A stretch of 64,000 bases of DNA from Thermodesulfovibrionia bacterium (GTDB taxonomy: Bacteria > Nitrospirota > Thermodesulfovibrionia > Thermodesulfovibrionales > SM23-35): positions 2,015 through 66,014 of the forward strand of contig JBGQLV010000007.1 in the NCBI GenBank assembly GCA_041500225.1. The letters run 5' to 3'. Each line of letters opens with the position of its first letter. Position 1 is the first letter of the stretch. Of the stretch, positions 9,673 to 18,953 are shown piece by piece. Made by a program: the position numbers and the translations under genes. A model generated the notes under the pieces. The model did not search any database and was not told the DNA's origin. It was given only the letters and a program-made list of their open reading frames with translations.

Positions 9673-12374
9673 GCTTTACTGACTTTACTTATGGTATCCT
9701 TAATTTCCTTCAAAAGATCTTCTTCAGTAAGTACTCCTCTGTTTAATATCCCCTGTATCCTGCCATCAAGTTCATCTATTTCTTTTTCGGTTAAATCCTT
9801 CTGGGTAATTACGATAAGAGGAATATCTTTGACCCCTTCCTCTGTCTCAAGATATTCAATTATGTCAAAACCACTCACCTCGGGCATTGTCAGATTTAAG
9901 ACAATCAGGTCAGGTACAAAATCTTTGATAGTTTTGATGGCATCTTTACTATTATTAGCTACTGCTATCTGGTATCCTGCTTCTCTTAGAACATTTCCAA
10001 TCAATTCTACAGTATCTGGTTCATTATCAACTATTAATACCCTCTTTATAGTTGTTGTCTTTTCTAAATTTCTTAATTTTCGCAAAAGAACCTGTTTTTC
10101 TAATGGTTTTACCAGATATTCTGCTGCACCCAGACTAAAGCCCAGTCTTTTATTATCCACGATCGAAAGTATAATAACGGGGATATCCTGTGTCTCTGGC
10201 GTCTTCTTTAACTCCCGCAGTACCTGCCATCCATCCTTTTTGGGCATCATGATATCTAAGGTAATGGCCATTGGTTTTATTTCTTTTGCTTTCTCTACTG
10301 CCCCTTCACCACTTAAAAAGCCAACTACCCTGTAATCCTCTCCTAAATATTTCCTTATAATATCAATAGCCTCTGGATTATCATCTATAGCCAATACAGT
10401 CTTTTTAGCAAACCCTTGTTCTCCCAGCGACTCTTCCCCTGTAGACTTATATTCCTCTTGCTCAAGTATCAGATTTCTTATTACCTCACATCCTTTACAG
10501 AAATCTACCTTTTCAGGATAGGCGGCTATTTTCATGCCTGCACAATGAGTTCCAAGGGTTAACCAACATCTGAAGTCTTTACTCCCATAGGCAGGACAGC
10601 TGGGCTGTCCACAACGGATATATTCCCAGCATCTTATGGGTTTGCCAGCATATTGTGGTTCCTTTAAAAAGGTCTCAACCGGTTTTCCAAAATATTCAGC
10701 GAGACCTTCAGCCATGCGTGGTTCTATCACTGGCTCGGCAGTCTTCTCGAGTATCTCTTTTTTCAATGGAAGGGTAAAACAGAATTTGCTTCCTTGCCCA
10801 TATTTACTCGTTACCCAGATTAGACCCTTATGCAATGCTACCAATCCTCTGGCAATACTAAGCCCGAGGCCTGTTCCTTCGTATTGACGAATTGCAGAGA
10901 CATCTACCTGTGTGAACTTATCAAAAATCTTACCGATATCCTCATCTTTTATCCCTATACCCGTGTCCTCCACGCATATCTCTATAAATAGAGGTGGCTC
11001 ACCCGGTTTAATCCCCCTTTTAGAGGGTATGGCGCTTATGGTTATCCCACCCTGATGGGTAAACTTAATGGCATTTGATAATAGGTTTATTAAAATCTGT
11101 TTGACCTTATCCTCATCCCCATAAGCCGGAGATAAATTCTCATCGAGATTAATAGTAAGTGTGAGCCCCTTTTGTTTTACCATTGGTTCAAAGGTGGGGA
11201 TAATAGACTCAATTAACAATTTAAGGTTTATCTCATTTATTTGTAATTCTATTTTCCCCGATTCTATCTTGGATACATCGAGGACGTCATTTATTAATTG
11301 CAGGAGATGTCTGGCATTAGCCGCAACCTTTTTTAAGCTCTTTTCCTGTTCTTCATTAATAAGGCCGTCAACCCCGTCTATTAATAGGTCTGTATAGCCG
11401 ATAATGGCATTCATCGGTGTACGGAGTTCATGAGACATATTGGCTAAGAAAGTGGATTTTAATTTGTCCAGCTCCCTGAGCTCTCTGTTTGCCCTCTCTA
11501 ATAGCGATAGGAGCTGTGTCCTTTCATTTAATAGAGTGGTCTTTCTGGTTACTTCAAGTTCTAACTTTTTGCTGGTGGCAGAGACACTTTCGACCATATA
11601 GTTAAAGGTCTTGCCGAGGATTCCAATCTCATCTTCTGTCTTTACGTCCACGGAAACTGACATGTCCCCTTCAGCAAACCTCTTTGCTTTCTCAGCTAAA
11701 CTCTCTACAGGGCGTCGTACTAATTTATTTACCATAAGATAGATTAAGGTTATCGCAATGGATAAGCCGAATGCAGTTACTACAATAGTTCGGTTGAGTT
11801 GGGCAACTACAGTTGAATGGACTCGCTCAGCGCCTACTCTAATTATCATACTTCCCAAGACCTTTCTGGAAGATCCATGGCAGTGATAACAGTCGGTTTG
11901 ATTTAATATAGGATAGATTGTAACGAGAAATCTTTTCCCTGAAACCGTATCCTCAAATGACTTTGGTGGTTCAACCCCTGTCTTTAATATCTCATTTAAT
12001 GACTGCAGGGCTTTTTTATTGGAAATCGAATCTGCTACCTTTGTCTTTACCTTGTCCACATGCGTGGAATAGATTATCTCCTGGTCAAAATCGCATATAA
12101 ATACCTCAACCTCCTTTGTCTTTTCCCTTAAATCTAATAGATGTCTTTTAACCCCTTCTTTATCTCCTACCCACATGGGACTTTTTATGCCTGCATAGGT
12201 TGAGGCAGCTACCTCTTTGGCAAGCATGGTCATCAGCTCTAACCTGTCTCTGGTCCCGAAGTATATTCGAACATAGATTTCAGCTGACATAATCAGAACT
12301 ATAATGATTACTATAGCCAACATTATTTCATTGGCCAGCCGCTTCTTTATAAAACCAAACATTTTACCTGCCAT
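9669..12374 (-). CDS. Hybrid sensor kinase: periplasmic c-heme sensor, HAMP, HisKA/HATPase, Cys-rich two-CW-like domain, two receivers
   Basis: CYHCH between TM segments; HAMP DEIG; HELRTP; CWEYIRC..CPAY..CWL..C..CKGC; two REC domains. Confidence 0.9.
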   Translation of the reverse strand: MAGKMFGFIKKRLANEIMLAIVIIIVLIMSAEIYVRIYFGTRDRLELMTMLAKEVAASTYAGIKSPMWVGDKEGVKRHLLDLREKTKEVEVFICDFDQEIIYSTHVDKVKTKVADSISNKKALQSLNEILKTGVEPPKSFEDTVSGKRFLVTIYPILNQTDCYHCHGSSRKVLGSMIIRVGAERVHSTVVAQLNRTIVVTAFGLSIAITLIYLMVNKLVRRPVESLAEKAKRFAEGDMSVSVDVKTEDEIGILGKTFNYMVESVSATSKKLELEVTRKTTLLNERTQLLSLLERANRELRELDKLKSTFLANMSHELRTPMNAIIGYTDLLIDGVDGLINEEQEKSLKKVAANARHLLQLINDVLDVSKIESGKIELQINEINLKLLIESIIPTFEPMVKQKGLTLTINLDENLSPAYGDEDKVKQILINLLSNAIKFTHQGGITISAIPSKRGIKPGEPPLFIEICVEDTGIGIKDEDIGKIFDKFTQVDVSAIRQYEGTGLGLSIARGLVALHKGLIWVTSKYGQGSKFCFTLPLKKEILEKTAEPVIEPRMAEGLAEYFGKPVETFLKEPQYAGKPIRCWEYIRCGQPSCPAYGSKDFRCWLTLGTHCAGMKIAAYPEKVDFCKGCEVIRNLILEQEEYKSTGEESLGEQGFAKKTVLAIDDNPEAIDIIRKYLGEDYRVVGFLSGEGAVEKAKEIKPMAITLDIMMPKKDGWQVLRELKKTPETQDIPVIILSIVDNKRLGFSLGAAEYLVKPLEKQVLLRKLRNLEKTTTIKRVLIVDNEPDTVELIGNVLREAGYQIAVANNSKDAIKTIKDFVPDLIVLNLTMPEVSGFDIIEYLETEEGVKDIPLIVITQKDLTEKEIDELDGRIQGILNRGVLTEEDLLKEIKDTISKVSKA

Positions 12375-12484
12375 TATCTCCTGTTAACGAATAACGAGTA
12401 GTTTGAATTAGTGCTGAGAAGTAGAAGTCCGGAAGATAGGAAAGTTTCAAAGCTTGTCACTTGTCAATCGTAACTTGTCAATAT

Positions 12485-12985
12485 TCAATGTGCGCCTCCA
12501 TGAATCATGGGCTTATACCTGAATGCCTTAACCCTTTCCGAGGTATGACAGACCTCGCAGTCTTTCATTGTCATACGCCTCTTTATATCACGGGGATTTT
12601 TTGTTTTTACATGTAAATCGCCAGGTCCATGACATACCTCACATCCTGCATTTTTCAGGTAAGGCGTTTTTTCAGGACTTATAAAACCGCTTGGTTTGCC
12701 ATATCCGGTAGTATGGCAGAAATAGCACCCTTTAATTTCCTCTTCGGTCAAGCCCTTTTTTACTCTTTCAATGCTCTCAAACGACTTACTCTTCTTTGCA
12801 TACTTCATAAAGCTGTTAAATTCCTTCTCATGACAACCCTTACAGGCATCGGAACCAACATATTTGGATATTATATTTTTAGTTCCGGCGAAACTTAAAG
12901 ATGGGCTTATTATGATTGATACAATCAGGATGGTTACAGCTGCAAATAACAAATACCCTATTAAAAATCTAAAAGAACGGGCCAT
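12485..12985 (-). CDS. Tetraheme cytochrome c (c554-like family)
   Basis: N-terminal signal/TM; four CxxCH motifs (CKGCH, CYFCH, CEVCH, CEVCH); YVGS motif. Confidence 0.9.
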   Translation of the reverse strand: MARSFRFLIGYLLFAAVTILIVSIIISPSLSFAGTKNIISKYVGSDACKGCHEKEFNSFMKYAKKSKSFESIERVKKGLTEEEIKGCYFCHTTGYGKPSGFISPEKTPYLKNAGCEVCHGPGDLHVKTKNPRDIKRRMTMKDCEVCHTSERVKAFRYKPMIHGGAH

Positions 12986-13100
12986 ATTATAACCTCAAAT
13001 TTAAAGTTATTTTAAGTATATCCAGTAATCGAAACTTCATTGTTCTATTTTCCGTTATTACGTGAAAAATTTCAACTTTTGTTTGATGTATAATAATCAA

Positions 13101-13868
13101 ATGGCATTTGTAATCGCTTTAGCAGGTAAGGGTGGTACGGGAAAGACGACTATTGCAGGGCTTACCGTCCGTTATATTATTGAGAAAAAGAAAAGGCCTG
13201 TGCTTGCTGTAGATGCAGATTCCAATAACTGTCTTAATGATGTACTCGGGGTAGATGTCCACGCAACGATAGGTAAATTGAGAGAGGAATCTCTCCAGAC
13301 AATAAGAAGTGGTGCAGAAAGACCCGGTGGCATGTCCATGGAGCAGATCTTTGACTATCAGGTACAGCAGTCAATTATAGAATCAAAGGGATTTGATTTG
13401 ATGGTAATGGGAAGACCTGAGGGTCCGGGATGTTATTGTGCAGCAAATAATATTATCAGGAAATATACGGATAAACTCTCTGAAACATACCCATATGTTG
13501 TTATAGATAACGAGGCCGGCATGGAACATCTCAGCAGGAGAACAACCCACAAGGTTGATTTACTTCTAATAGTGAGTGATCCTGCTGTAAGAGGCATCCA
13601 GACAGCAAAAAGGATTAATGGACTTGTCGAGGAACTACAGCTTGAGATCAATAGGCGGGTAGTTATCATAAACAGGATATCTGGTAATGAAGGAGCGGAT
13701 TTGAAAAATCTTGCAGAGGAGTCTGGTCTTCAGGTTGCAGGTCTTGTTCCTCAGGATGAAGCAATATTTAATCTTGATCTTCAGGGAAAACCAATCTTCC
13801 AACTCCCAGATGATTCAAAGGCGGTAAAGGCAGTTTTCAGCATACTCGATTCGTTGAATATACCTTGA
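13101..13868 (+). CDS. cooC: CooC/AcsF-type nickel-insertion ATPase
   Basis: GKGGTGKT, DAD, GCYC metal motif, DNEAGMEHLSRR; start moved to ATG 13101. Confidence 0.88.
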   Translation: MAFVIALAGKGGTGKTTIAGLTVRYIIEKKKRPVLAVDADSNNCLNDVLGVDVHATIGKLREESLQTIRSGAERPGGMSMEQIFDYQVQQSIIESKGFDLMVMGRPEGPGCYCAANNIIRKYTDKLSETYPYVVIDNEAGMEHLSRRTTHKVDLLLIVSDPAVRGIQTAKRINGLVEELQLEINRRVVIINRISGNEGADLKNLAEESGLQVAGLVPQDEAIFNLDLQGKPIFQLPDDSKAVKAVFSILDSLNIP

Positions 13869-13938
13869 GAATGAATCTTCTTGTCAGGATTTTTTGTCTT
13901 CTATATACTTAATTAGAAGGCAGTGTGAATTCTAATTT

Positions 13939-14532
13939 ATGCAACAGGGTATCATAGAGAATCTTATAACTGAACTTACAAAACTTCCTGGGATAGGACG
14001 AAAGACCGCACAGAGGCTCGCATTCTTTATACTCGCGATGTCGGAGGAAGCCGCAAAAGGAATCTCAAAGGCAATAAATGAGGTAAAGGAGAAGGCAAGA
14101 TTCTGCAATGAGTGTTTTAACATTACAGAGACAGAAGTGTGTAGTATATGCAGCAGCAGCTCAAGGGACAGGAGTAAACTCTGTGTTGTAGAGGAACCGA
14201 GTAATATACTTGTTATTGAAAGGTCAAAGAGCTTTAACGGGATCTACCATGTACTCCTCGGAGCCCTCTCACCAATCGATGGTTTTACTCCCGACAGGCT
14301 CAAGGTAAACGAACTTATCAAAAGGGTAGGGAGAAATGAAATTAAAGAGATTATTATCGCAACAAATCCCAATACCAAAGGTGAGATGACAGCACAGTAT
14401 ATAAGGGAAATGCTTAAACCCTTCAATGTTAAAGTAACACGAATTGCTTATGGCCTACCAATAGGCGGAGATATTGAGTTTGCAGACGAAGTAACCCTCA
14501 GCAAGGCCATCGAGGGAAGAAGAGAGATGTAA
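13939..14532 (+). CDS. recR: Recombination mediator RecR
   Basis: LPGIGRKTAQRLA HhH, C4 zinc finger, TOPRIM YHVL, DEVTL. Confidence 0.97.
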   Translation: MQQGIIENLITELTKLPGIGRKTAQRLAFFILAMSEEAAKGISKAINEVKEKARFCNECFNITETEVCSICSSSSRDRSKLCVVEEPSNILVIERSKSFNGIYHVLLGALSPIDGFTPDRLKVNELIKRVGRNEIKEIIIATNPNTKGEMTAQYIREMLKPFNVKVTRIAYGLPIGGDIEFADEVTLSKAIEGRREM

Positions 14533-14763
14533 GGAAATTCGCAAGGCTTCATTTGATTGCCCTGAAGGAAATTCCATTGACGAAAGATCATGCTTCAAAC
14601 CCCTGTGACCTAATTTTTTGTTTCAGCAGTGTACCTTTAGCTGATGGTTAGAGGAATATTTTCATGAGTAAAACAAATAGAGATGTTATTAATAAATTCA
14701 TCGAGTTAAATAAAATTTTGAATAATATCTGCATTATTCATATTCATCAAATAAGGAGTAGCT

Positions 14764-14964
14764 ATGGCAAAGTACACAGCGACAGTTGACGAAGATACAC
14801 GTCAGAGGATCCTTGCATTACCGAAGAGCATACACTTCTCAGCCTTCATGCGAAAGGCAATCTCTGTTTTTGTTGAGGAGCTTGAGAATGACCCCGACTT
14901 GCAACCCGAGAATTTCATCATCACCCGCACAGCCCGGAAAGATGTATCAGATAAAAAAAAATAA
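14764..14964 (+). CDS. Small hypothetical protein, possibly ribbon-helix-helix DNA-binding
   Basis: Strong RBS aaggag; beta-alpha-alpha-like pattern (YTATVD...FSAFMRKAI). Confidence 0.55.
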   Translation: MAKYTATVDEDTRQRILALPKSIHFSAFMRKAISVFVEELENDPDLQPENFIITRTARKDVSDKKK

Positions 14965-14968
14965 AGGC

Positions 14969-16123
14969 ATGAAACAAAGCAGGATTCTGATTACCTGTGC
15001 AAAGGGAATAGCGCCTTTTTTGAGGGAAGAGCTTCTTCTGTTGGGATTTCCTGTACTATCCGAAACCATTGCGGGCATAGCTACTGAAGGTACTATCGAC
15101 GATACCCTCCGGCTTAATCTCCTGCTCCGCACAGGACATCGCGTCCTCTTTCTCCTCAAGGAATTTGCTGCACGTGATGCCGATGCCCTCTATCACTCGG
15201 TGTCGGAGATACCATGGGAGGAGTATATAACCGAGGATGGATATGTCTGTGTAACATCCAGTGTGGATAATCCCAGCATCAGGGACTCACGCTATGCAAA
15301 TGTAAAGTGCAAGGATGCCATTGTCGACAGGATAAAGGAAAAGTGCGGGCAGCGTCCTGATTCAGGTCCCGATAAAGACAGAGTCGTGGTGAACCTCTAC
15401 TGGAAGGACGATAGTTGCTCCGTATATTTTGATACCTCGGGGGAACCCCTATCCAGGCGCGGGTACAGAAAGATCCCCATGACAGCACCCATACAGGAGA
15501 CCCTTGCGGCTGCAGTTATTATGGCAACCGGATGGAACGGCAGCGGCCATTTCATCAATCCCATGTGCGGCAGCGGCACCCTTGCCATAGAGGCTGCCCT
15601 AAGAGGCCTGAACAGGGCTTCCGGGCTCTTAAGGGATAATTACGGGTTCATGCATCTCAAGGGATTTAAGGAATCGCTGTGGAACGATCTGCGGGTACAA
15701 GCAAAAAAAGAGGCAAAAAAGACCCTGAGTTGCAGGATTATCGCCACTGATATCAGGAGAGAGGCGGTTGATGCAGCAAAGAAAAATGCTACTACCGCCG
15801 GTGTGGAGCATCTGATTGAATTTGATGTATGTGATTATTCAGAGACGACAGTTTCTGACGGAGGAGGGATAGTAATACTCAACCCCGAATACGGAGAAAG
15901 AATGGGGAAGATCAAAGAGCTTGAGAGTGTGTACAAGGGGATTGGCGATTTCTTTAAGCAGAAGTGCAGGGGATATACAGGATATATCTTCACGGGTAAC
16001 CTTGACCTGGCAAAAAAGGTGGGGTTGAGGGCAAAACGAAGGATACAATTTTTTAACAGCGGAATAGAATGCAGGCTCCTTGAGTATGAGTTGTACGAGG
16101 GCAGCAGGAAGAAGAAAATATAA
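14969..16123 (+). CDS. THUMP-domain RNA methyltransferase (RlmL-like)
   Basis: LSRRGYR, APIQETLAA, PMCGSGT, NPEYGERMG; start reassigned to ATG 14969. Confidence 0.9.
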   Translation: MKQSRILITCAKGIAPFLREELLLLGFPVLSETIAGIATEGTIDDTLRLNLLLRTGHRVLFLLKEFAARDADALYHSVSEIPWEEYITEDGYVCVTSSVDNPSIRDSRYANVKCKDAIVDRIKEKCGQRPDSGPDKDRVVVNLYWKDDSCSVYFDTSGEPLSRRGYRKIPMTAPIQETLAAAVIMATGWNGSGHFINPMCGSGTLAIEAALRGLNRASGLLRDNYGFMHLKGFKESLWNDLRVQAKKEAKKTLSCRIIATDIRREAVDAAKKNATTAGVEHLIEFDVCDYSETTVSDGGGIVILNPEYGERMGKIKELESVYKGIGDFFKQKCRGYTGYIFTGNLDLAKKVGLRAKRRIQFFNSGIECRLLEYELYEGSRKKKI

Positions 16124-16246
16124 AAGATAAGATTTGATATTTTAAACACGTCAGACAAGATTTCGACAGACGCTTTCACATAGGAATATGCATATTGCTC
16201 TTTTGATTATTTGGGAACAACCCCAATACTTTTTTTGCTGTACCTC

Positions 16247-16621
16247 TTATCGGTCAGTGTCGTTATACTGTATGGCAACCTTGTAAGAGATCCGGGCATG
16301 GCCGGAGGCATTGTTTCCGGGGCAGGTAAGCTCACCGTCTCCTGATTCCAGACGGTTTTTCACCATCGTGACAATCACCGGTTCCAGATCAAAGCCGCCT
16401 TTGGTGCAATCGTTCCTCATGCACTCCATCAGGAAATACGCGGGACTTCCGGGGAAGAAATTGACCGTGCGTTTCATGAGCACCGGACCAGCGCCCTTCT
16501 GATAGTAGTCCATGGTGATGACGATCGATGTAATATACGGGTAGCGTGCAGACAACAGACCTGCGTCAATCTTCTGCTGCTTTCTCTCGGACCGTTCGGT
16601 ATTTTTTTGCTCGCTGATCAT
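16247..16621 (-). CDS. Hypothetical protein downstream of csp with putative Zn-binding Cys/His residues
   Basis: RBS ggag; CxxxxC...C...H pattern. Confidence 0.7.
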   Translation of the reverse strand: MISEQKNTERSERKQQKIDAGLLSARYPYITSIVITMDYYQKGAGPVLMKRTVNFFPGSPAYFLMECMRNDCTKGGFDLEPVIVTMVKNRLESGDGELTCPGNNASGHARISYKVAIQYNDTDR

Positions 16622-16640
16622 TTGTCTTCTCCCTGAAGAG

Positions 16641-16669
16641 GGAGCCCCCTGCGTACTGCAGGGGGCTCC
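16641..16669. terminator. Strong GC hairpin between csp and the downstream gene
   Basis: ggagccccctgc gtact gcagggggctcc, perfect 12-bp stem. Confidence 0.6.
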
Positions 16670-16677
16670 GCAGTTCC

Positions 16678-16878
16678 TTACTGTTTTACGACGTTGATTG
16701 CCTTGGGGCCCTTAGGACCTTTTTCAGTATCAAAGCTGACCCTGTCACCCTCGGCAAGGGATTTGAATCCATTGCTCTGGATAGAGGAATAGTGGACAAA
16801 TAAATCACTGCCGTCTTCGCTCGTAATAAAACCAAAACCCTTTGACTCATTGAACCACTTCACTGTTCCTTCTGTCAT
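16678..16878 (-). CDS. cspA: Cold-shock protein
   Basis: [18 protein letters not shown]...LFVHYS (RNP1/RNP2); RBS aaggaggt; true start at 16878. Confidence 0.96.
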   Translation of the reverse strand: MTEGTVKWFNESKGFGFITSEDGSDLFVHYSSIQSNGFKSLAEGDRVSFDTEKGPKGPKAINVVKQ

Positions 16879-17136
16879 TTTGTGTACCTCCTTACTTGTA
16901 AATTGAACTTTCAGAAGGACACAAATAAAAAGCCACAAAGCTAAAAGTCTTTGTGGCCTTGAATTGGCAAAAACTTCTGAAACTCTAAAATAGAATAACA
17001 CGTTTTATGGATAATTAGCAACAAAATAATTTTCAGGGATCTGTCTCAAATGACTGTTCTGTACCGGGCGGCTACTGCTCTTTATTATATTCCGCACCTA
17101 TTATTCATGAGTAATCAAATATGTCCCTGATTTCAC

Positions 17137-18267
17137 TTAATCTGTCAGAGGCATGACCGGTATCTTCTGCCTGATATAATCCTCGATGTCCGGGAGTGTA
17201 CGGACGTATTTCTCGCAGGCGAGGCTTATCGCCCTGCCGGCAGCACCGGCCCGCGCTGTCCTGCCGATCCGGTGCACATAGTCTTCCGGGTCCTGGGGAA
17301 GATCGTAGTTGATCACATGCGTTACTCCATCGATATGGAGCCCCCTGCTTGCCACGTCCGTTGCTACAAGGATCGCCAACGTGCCGTTTCTGAACCGGGA
17401 GAGCACCTTCATCCGCTTCCTCTGGTCAAGGTCTCCGGTGATGGAGGCGGTTGCGAAACCATTGGCATTCAGGCGGAGATCAAGCCGCTCTGCTGCGGCC
17501 TTAGTGTTACAGAAGATGAGATATCGGCCGTCAGGCTCACGTTTGAGGATTCCGAGAAGCAGGCCGATCTTCTCTGACGTGCCGACATGATAGATCTCCT
17601 GTTCGATCTGTTCCACCGTTACCTGCTCCGGGGTTACCGAGAACCGCATAGGCATGTTCATATATTCATAGCACAGTTCAAGTACGCGGTTGGATAGGGT
17701 AGCGGAAAAAAGCATGGACTGCCGCTTGTTATAGGGAGACATCCTCCTGAGCAGGAACCTGAGGTCGCTGATGAAGCCCATGTCGAACAGGCGGTCGGCC
17801 TCGTCGATCACGAGGAACTGGGTCTTCCTCAGGCTGTAGATCTTCTGCTTGAGATAATCGATGAGTCGGCCGGGCGTGCCTATGAGTAAGTCAACGCCCG
17901 CTATGATCTCCTCGCGCTGTTTCAGATAGTCGATGCCGCCGTATACGGGGACGATCCTGAAACCGGCAGGACCGCACAGCAGTTTCGCCTCAGCGGCTAT
18001 CTGGATTACGAGTTCCCTCGTCGGCGCGATGATGAGCGCCCGTGGTGACGGGCCTTGTCCCTGCGAAGGTACCGAGAGCATGCGCGAGAATACCGCAATC
18101 AGAAATGCTGCAGTCTTGCCGGTGCCTGTCTGGGCCTGGGCTGCGATGTCTCTGCCCCGCAGTGCCTCAGGCAGGGTCAGGGACTGGACCGGCGTGCACT
18201 CAGTAAACCCCGCGGCTTTGATTCCTTCAAGAACCTGCGCGGGGATAGGAATTTCTTCGAATCTCAC
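17137..18267 (-). CDS. rhlB: DEAD-box RNA helicase (RhlB-like)
   Basis: AQTGTGKT, PTREL, DEAD, SAT, YVHRIGRTARAG. Confidence 0.88.
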   Translation of the reverse strand: MRFEEIPIPAQVLEGIKAAGFTECTPVQSLTLPEALRGRDIAAQAQTGTGKTAAFLIAVFSRMLSVPSQGQGPSPRALIIAPTRELVIQIAAEAKLLCGPAGFRIVPVYGGIDYLKQREEIIAGVDLLIGTPGRLIDYLKQKIYSLRKTQFLVIDEADRLFDMGFISDLRFLLRRMSPYNKRQSMLFSATLSNRVLELCYEYMNMPMRFSVTPEQVTVEQIEQEIYHVGTSEKIGLLLGILKREPDGRYLIFCNTKAAAERLDLRLNANGFATASITGDLDQRKRMKVLSRFRNGTLAILVATDVASRGLHIDGVTHVINYDLPQDPEDYVHRIGRTARAGAAGRAISLACEKYVRTLPDIEDYIRQKIPVMPLTD

Positions 18268-18365
18268 TTCTTCTACTATACCTTAAGTAATATCCATAAA
18301 GCATCAGGAAGGGCAGTCCATCACATTCAGTGGCGAGAAGCTTAAATACAATTCACATGAGATAT

Positions 18366-18953
18366 TCAACTTAATACACTTACCCCAAACTTTTTCAGGC
18401 TCTCGGTCAAGGCGTATAAGGGAAGACCCATCACATTAAAGAAATCCCCCTCTATTTTTTTGACTATCACAGCACCAAGCCCCTGAACTCCGTAAGCTCC
18501 GGCCTTGTCTAAGGGCTCGCCGGATCTTATGTATGCCTCTATCTCATCCGCACTCAGCCTCTTAAAAAAGACCTTTGACTCTACTGATCTGGATAGTTCT
18601 TTTTTGCCGTTTGTATCTATTATCGTGAATCCCGTGATTACGGAATGGGCTTTTCCGCTCAGGGCCTTCAGCATCTCCTTCGCGTGTTCCTCGTTGCGGG
18701 GCTTGCCGAAAAGCCTGCCTCTCAATACGACAATGGTGTCAGCCGCTATAACGAGGGCATTCCTGTGTCTGCGGGCAACGTCCCTTGCCTTTTCGCCTGA
18801 AAAGAACCTGGCGAGCTCATGAGGCTTTAGTCCAGGATCCTTTTTCTCTTCGTAGTCGCTATCATCGACCTCGAATTTCAGGCCTGTCTTTTCGAGTATT
18901 TCCTTCCTTCTCGGAGAAGCTGATGCAAGTACGACGGTCTTGATATTATGCAT
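18366..18953 (-). CDS. maf: Maf family nucleotide pyrophosphatase
   Basis: LASASPRR, AADTIV, GKP, DKAGAY, NVMGLP; start reassigned to 18953. Confidence 0.94.
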   Translation of the reverse strand: MHNIKTVVLASASPRRKEILEKTGLKFEVDDSDYEEKKDPGLKPHELARFFSGEKARDVARRHRNALVIAADTIVVLRGRLFGKPRNEEHAKEMLKALSGKAHSVITGFTIIDTNGKKELSRSVESKVFFKRLSADEIEAYIRSGEPLDKAGAYGVQGLGAVIVKKIEGDFFNVMGLPLYALTESLKKFGVSVLS

